A stretch of DNA of 64,000 nt from the NCBI GenBank assembly GCA_950097015.1, contig CATNEN010000015.1:2025188-2089187 (forward strand). Direction: 5' to 3'. The notes beneath the pieces are model-generated. The model searched no databases and was not told the DNA's origin. It saw only the letters and a program-made list of their open reading frames with translations. Below, piece after piece: positions 59,701-64,000 of this stretch; the first letter of the stretch is position 1, and the number at the start of each line of letters is the position of its first letter. Position numbers and translations under genes: made by a program. This DNA is from Macrostomum hystrix (taxonomy: Eukaryota; Animalia; Platyhelminthes).

Positions 59701-62700
59701 AGGCCTGTGAGTTCGTTCATTTTGCGAAGAGAAGACTCATATTTCGCTTTGAAATAAAATAATTCTTGACTTTTGGCGCCTCACCAGTGACGTCCTCCTC
59801 AGCGTATCGCGGGCCGTGGCTGCCACACGGCTCTGGAGTCCATTGCAGAAGGCCGCCTCAGCCTCCAGGTTGTCCAGCTGGTTGATGAGGGCGGCGGTCT
59901 CGGATAGGTTGGAGTCACGCAGAGCCAACCGCAGAGTTCGACGCAGCAGTCGGGCCGTCTGGCAGGACTGGTGCAGACTGAGCTCCTGCCAGGACAGGCC
60001 GATGTCATACTGGCCGATGCACTCCAGCAGCTCCTGGGAGGCAAGGCTTGCGACTTCCTGGGACACAAAGGGGGTTGTGGCCTCGGGGTTAGAGCGTCCG
60101 ACTCACGACTTAAAGGTCGGGGGTTCGATTCCCGACTCCCACTGGAACAATTTGTGTCCTTTAGCCAGACACTTAACTCTGCATTGCTTCAGTTCATTCT
60201 GACATTCTGACATCATCAATATGGGACACTGTGACTAATGAATGGCTTATTGGGCATAAAAATCTGCCTCTAGGACTAACCAGCGCGTCCTTGTGCAGGG
60301 CCACCGTCTGCGCCTGGTACAACACCTCAGTGGCCTGTGCCAGACGATCGCGGCTTCGTTGAAAGGCCGCCCACGCCTGACGGGCTCGCCTGGCCGCCTT
60401 GGCCTCTCGCTCGCGCGCAGCTGCAGCCGCAGCGGCGGACTCGCGGCCAATAACCAATCCGGCGCCATCTTCGTCTCGAGGCGTCTCTTCCGATTCACAT
60501 TTGTTGTCATCGTCGGCCTCTTCATTAGCGGCCTCCTCAACTTGCGCCCACGCAGACGAGTCGATTTCCAGCAGGCGCCACTGAGCCGGCGAGTCCGGGT
60601 CCAGACGGCTGGCCAGCAGGCGCAGCGCTCGGCCAATCAGAGCCAGGCAGCGGGCTCGTGTCGGCAGCGGGCCGCCAGACGACGCAAGCGAGTGAGCGTC
60701 CTGCAGTTGGCCGACCGCCAGGTCGAAAGCCAGGCGCACCTTTGTCATCCAGGCCGCCTGTGGCTCGGACAGCTGCGGCTCCTCGTGGACAAATTCTTCA
60801 ACGGCCAGGGCGTCCGCCGGCTTTGCCAGCTGCCGTTCCGCCTCGGCTCTCTCTGTTTCCACCTGCGAGATGAAGATGCGGGAGCTTGTTTACGCTCGCG
60901 CGCCATCTTATTGCACTTTCACCTCTCTCCCTCAATCTGTTCAACTTCTTAGCTAACCTTCACTTCTCTTTCCTGTCCCTTGTCTCTGATTGGCTAGCTG
61001 CTCGTCTCTCTTTCCTCACCCTAGACTATCGGCTAGAGGGCTTCGGCCTACCGTTTTACATTCGTTCAGTGCCGTCAACACTGGCTCTCAATTTATTTTA
61101 AGAAGTCACTACAAGCATTCTGTCACTTCTGTTTACTGCTTATAAGACAGTAAGCACGCTCACACAGGTAATTATAACCTGCCTTGACTTTTTCATCGTC
61201 ATGCATTGCACGCTCTGACTGTGCCCTTAGGATTGCGTTCTGGGTGCGGCTAGAAACATCATCTAGAAACAGGCCTCCTCACCTGGATTTCAAACAGCTG
61301 CAGCAGGCATTCGGCCAGGCTGAGCTTGGCCGCGGCTGCCAGTCGATTCGCTGGCGGACAGGCGCGCCGGAGGTCGCCCAACGAGCCGCTGGTCTGAGCG
61401 TCAGCCACGAACGCCTCAGCGTAGCGAGTCGCCGCGCGGAAACAGCTCGCCGCGTCCACGAGCAGCTGCCTGCGGATGGGCAGAGGAATCGAGCGGATAG
61501 CCAAATAGAAAACTAGATTGACACCTGAGATAATGTAACTTACCTTTTGGCCTCCTCGTCATCAGCCAGTTTGCTCATCTCCAACTGGCAGGCTCCCAGC
61601 TGCTGAAAGCATTCCAGAGCCTGGCGAAAGTCGCGCCCGTTGGTCAGCCGCTCCAGGCCGCAGTGCAGGAAGCGCCGGGACACCTCGAGCCAGCGGTGCG
61701 CTCGGCCCCTGGAGCACAGCCGCTGAGACAGCCGGTCCAGCGCCCAGGTGGTCTGCAGCCGACCGAACAGCAGCTCCAGCCGGCCCACCAGACTGTCAAT
61801 CAGCGGCGCCTTGTTCGGTCGTCGGCGAGCCAGCTCCTCGAAGACGGAGATGCCCCGAAGGGCTTCTGTCTTGGCCCGGCTGAGTGCGTCCTTCTTGGTG
61901 AAGTCACTGGCTGTGGCCTCAATCAGCAGCCGGCAGCTCAGGAACCAGTCCTCTTCCGACGCCCAGCCCTGAAGGCGAGACAAGGATGAGGTCGAGGATA
62001 CGAGGATACTCGTAATAATCAGTCATCGTGTTCTTTAAAAAATTGGAGACTAGCCTTGAAGCCCGAACATAGATACAGTCCCTCTCACCTGCATCATGGC
62101 CTGAGCCTGTCGCACGCACTGAGCCGCCTGACCGAACTGGCGCTCCCGCAGGGCCAGCCGGCCCAGTTCCAGCCAGCGCTGCGGCCAGGCAACGCTTGTC
62201 GCCCAGCTCACCGGCGGTCAGTTGAACCCAGCAGTCCTGGAGGTTTGGTACTGGCCCTGCTCTGTGAGCAAGCGGGCCATCCTCCAGCCACTGGCTGTGG
62301 AGCCGCAGCTCGCCCAGCGGCTCGCCCAGGTGGCCGCCAGCGATCCGCCAGCGTCGTCTCGTCGCTGCTAGTGCCGCGGACAGTTCCAGCCGCGGCCGTC
62401 AGCTCAGCCGGGTCGCGGCCCAGCTCGCGCGCCAGCTCGGCCAGCGACTCGCGAGCACGCGCCTCTTCGCGGCGAACCTGTGCGCGTCGTTCGCGCCACT
62501 GAACGAGCATCTTGCGATTCTCTGGATGACTCGTCTACGCCCGGGGCGATCTCACCGGCGTAGCGCAGTGCTCATGGACTCACGACACCGAGCGTGGAGG
62601 CAGAGCTCCAGGCCAGACGTCCATGGCGCTGCAATAACCAAATGAAGTCCCCAGTCCCGTAGCATCCATGGAACAGCATGCATGTATAATAACACGAATA

Positions 62701-63212
62701 AGTGGCCTCGCTGTAGATTCGAGCTCAGAGTCAGGTATACCAGGGGGATTTTGTTTGCATATCGATTTTACTCTACTTCAAACAGCTGCCCCCACGCAAA
62801 AAGACAGCTTTGGAAGGCACTCACAGTCAGGTGGGACGAGGCAGTTGGCCGGCCTACTCTTGCACAGGTCGCGAGTGAGACAGTCCTGCAGAGCCAGCAC
62901 TGGCAAGCTCAGTGGCTCAAGCCGACGTTGCGAAGTTTCTCAGTGAGTAGACGGCAGTAGTATAGAGTGATTGTCTGCGGAATTTTTCGCCAAAGAAAAC
63001 AAATCAGTAATCAGTTCGGAATACCACCTGAAAAGCATTTAGAAACTCACCGGCTTGGCGATGTTGTGCAGTCCCAATCCGGTTGCTGGCATCAAGTCTT
63101 GGCGCTTGAACACCTCCAGCAGCTCGTCGGGCACATCGTAGGTGGCCCAGTCCTCAGCCGACTGGGGCACAAAGTCCAGGCCGCCCTTGCGCTTCGGCTT
63201 CTCTTTCTGGGG
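54967..63212 (-). CDS. CFAP46: 3' part of a CFAP46/TTC40-like ciliary protein gene, multi-exon, 5' end beyond the window
   Basis: Phase-compatible exons 63212-63051, 62974-~62825, ~62630-62089 (frameshifted), 61968-61544, 61469-61283, 60862-60281, 60057-59785, 59704-59554, 59242-59001, 57383-56844, 56345-55817, 55352-54967. Recalled CFAP46 motifs: LQHSPDYRYLYAG, DPHLAELPLEAL..MSRDFSLQ, GFIFYGMERFL, LEKPVETALLMTLAGV..HQW..LQENA, NMILYGLPN. AATAAA on the minus strand at 54806-54801. Confidence 0.8.
56640..56714. repeat. (GT)n/(GCGT)n microsatellite in a CFAP46 intron
   Basis: Seen directly. Confidence 0.95.
57692..58200 (+). mobile_element. Penelope-like element remnant: internally deleted GIY-YIG endonuclease plus pLTR-like tail
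   Basis: YDVVYQF...YVGKTKRHL and FKVID...LQILEVLY..HSPNSN match the PLE GIY-YIG pattern. The AT-rich tail carries a hammerhead motif. Confidence 0.72.
58079..58116 (+). ncRNA. Minimal type I hammerhead ribozyme motif
   Basis: AAC-CTGAAGA(58082-58088)-T-GCAC/ACTGTT/GTGC (stem II)-GAAA(58104-58107)-CGC-GTC(58111-58113)-GTT. Stem I is AAC/GTT and stem III is the palindrome ACGCGT. Confidence 0.75.
58644..58880. repeat. 50-bp dimeric minisatellite (two alternating 25-mers starting GTGTCTAACAGTTT), ~4.5 copies
   Basis: Alternating GATTGGCTCTT and CACTGATTCTA halves. Confidence 0.9.
59297..59395. repeat. 8-bp tandem repeat (CTCTGGTA)n
   Basis: Seen directly in a CFAP46 intron. Confidence 0.9.
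60070..60195 (+). mobile_element. tRNA-derived SINE fragment with CORE-like segment
   Basis: A-box-like TGGCCTCGGGGTTAG, B-box GGTTCGATTCC, then TGTGTCCTTTAGCCAGACACTTAACTC resembling the CORE-SINE domain. Confidence 0.75.
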
Positions 63213-63699
63213 CTGCAAAAATTGTTAGTAGTTTTCAATTGAAATGCTCCATCGATTAATTGTGTTTTCAAACGGAAAGAGTGCATGGTTACCATCTGTT
63301 TCGCCTGTTATCAAGCACATTGTCAGCTCAATGGGTGGCTGTGAGTACGCGGACATGTACAGAGTTGTACAAATTTTACTAACTTTAAACAGAGTCAATG
63401 AAATCTAAATCTAAATGAAAACAGAGCATAAATGTGCAGCACTAGGAATAAACGGGACTCCAGTTGCTAAGCCTGCGCCAATTTACATGAGCACGCAAGT
63501 AAAACAAAAAAATAAGGAATCAAAAAATCGAAGCTGTTATAAATATTTTCAATGAGGCAAAATTGGTGAGCACAAATTCTTCCTACTTCTAACTCAATGA
63601 TTCCCGGGACGGACTGAAACGGAATGAAAATATGATGGATAAGAAAATATATTTTCCTAATATTGAATTATTTTTATAGTACGATTGCACTAAATTGGA

Positions 63700-63902
63700 C
63701 CTCTGAAAGCTGCGTACGGCTGTTCAGTCCGTGGACAGGGGGACACCCACCCTCAGTTACCCCCGCTATAGCTGTTACCTATTTAACAGTTAGGTATCGA
63801 GCTAAAGGGGCACATTCGTTTTCAATGTAGTCGGAAATCGAACCCCAGACCTTCAAGTCATAGGCCCGACCCTCCAACCACTTGGCACAATGCTACAACC
63901 CC
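63700..63902 (-). mobile_element. Second copy of the same tRNA-derived SINE family
   Basis: Minus strand: GGGGTTGT...CCAAGTGGTTGG...ACTTGAAGGTCTGGGGTTCGATTTCCGACT...TGTGCCCCTTTAGCTCGATACCTAACT, homologous to 60070-60195. Confidence 0.75.
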
Positions 63903-64000
63903 TACTAAAATGTGAAAAAATGCAGGAACCGATTTTAATAATAAAGGAATTTAATTTGAATTCCAATACGCCTATCTAAATCCTAGAAGGTGTTTAGGTT

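Noticed and set aside
60070-60145. Functional tRNA gene (also 63826-63902)
   Set aside because: The cloverleaf is degenerate, the two copies differ in the anticodon region, and both continue into a shared CORE-like body, which indicates a SINE.
60293-62502. Plus-strand ORFs overlapping the CFAP46 exons and minus-strand ORFs over the YR element and WSC exons
   Set aside because: Antisense shadows of GC-rich coding sequence with no independent motifs.

Overview
Eukaryotic (animal) genomic DNA with GT-AG introns and a very high repeat content. The style is compatible with the flatworm Macrostomum, but this is unverified. Positions ~0.7-54 kb hold a tandem cluster of small two-exon genes, here W1-W11. 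Exon 1 encodes a signal peptide plus a WSC carbohydrate-binding domain; after a phase-1 intron, exon 2 encodes a 4-Cys PAN/apple-like module that usually ends G-D-Y-Y-L-(R/C)-G-stop. Seven copies look intact (W1, W2, W3, W5, W6, W8, W11), four are broken (W4, W7, W9, W10), and one divergent PAN-like exon is orphaned. The most unusual feature is that most paralogs are followed by a 21-bp minisatellite whose unit is the gene's own last six codons plus stop codon. Copy number runs from ~1 to ~580 (a 12-kb array after W4). The WSC exons show two hypervariable loops and a clear recombinant copy (W2 = W8-like 5' part + W11-like 3' part). Interspersed elements are a complete Ngaro-type tyrosine-recombinase retrotransposon (split direct repeats, a probable intron in gag, possibly spliced gag-YR), a CACTA/CMC-like element carrying a BEN-domain ORF and a nested MITE, several LINE fragments and many other minisatellites. 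Positions 55-63.2 kb carry the 3' part of a CFAP46 (TTC40)-like gene on the minus strand, with a Penelope remnant bearing a minimal hammerhead ribozyme and a tRNA-derived SINE in its introns; a second SINE copy lies just beyond the last resolved exon. All family assignments come from motif recognition by eye; no database searches were run.
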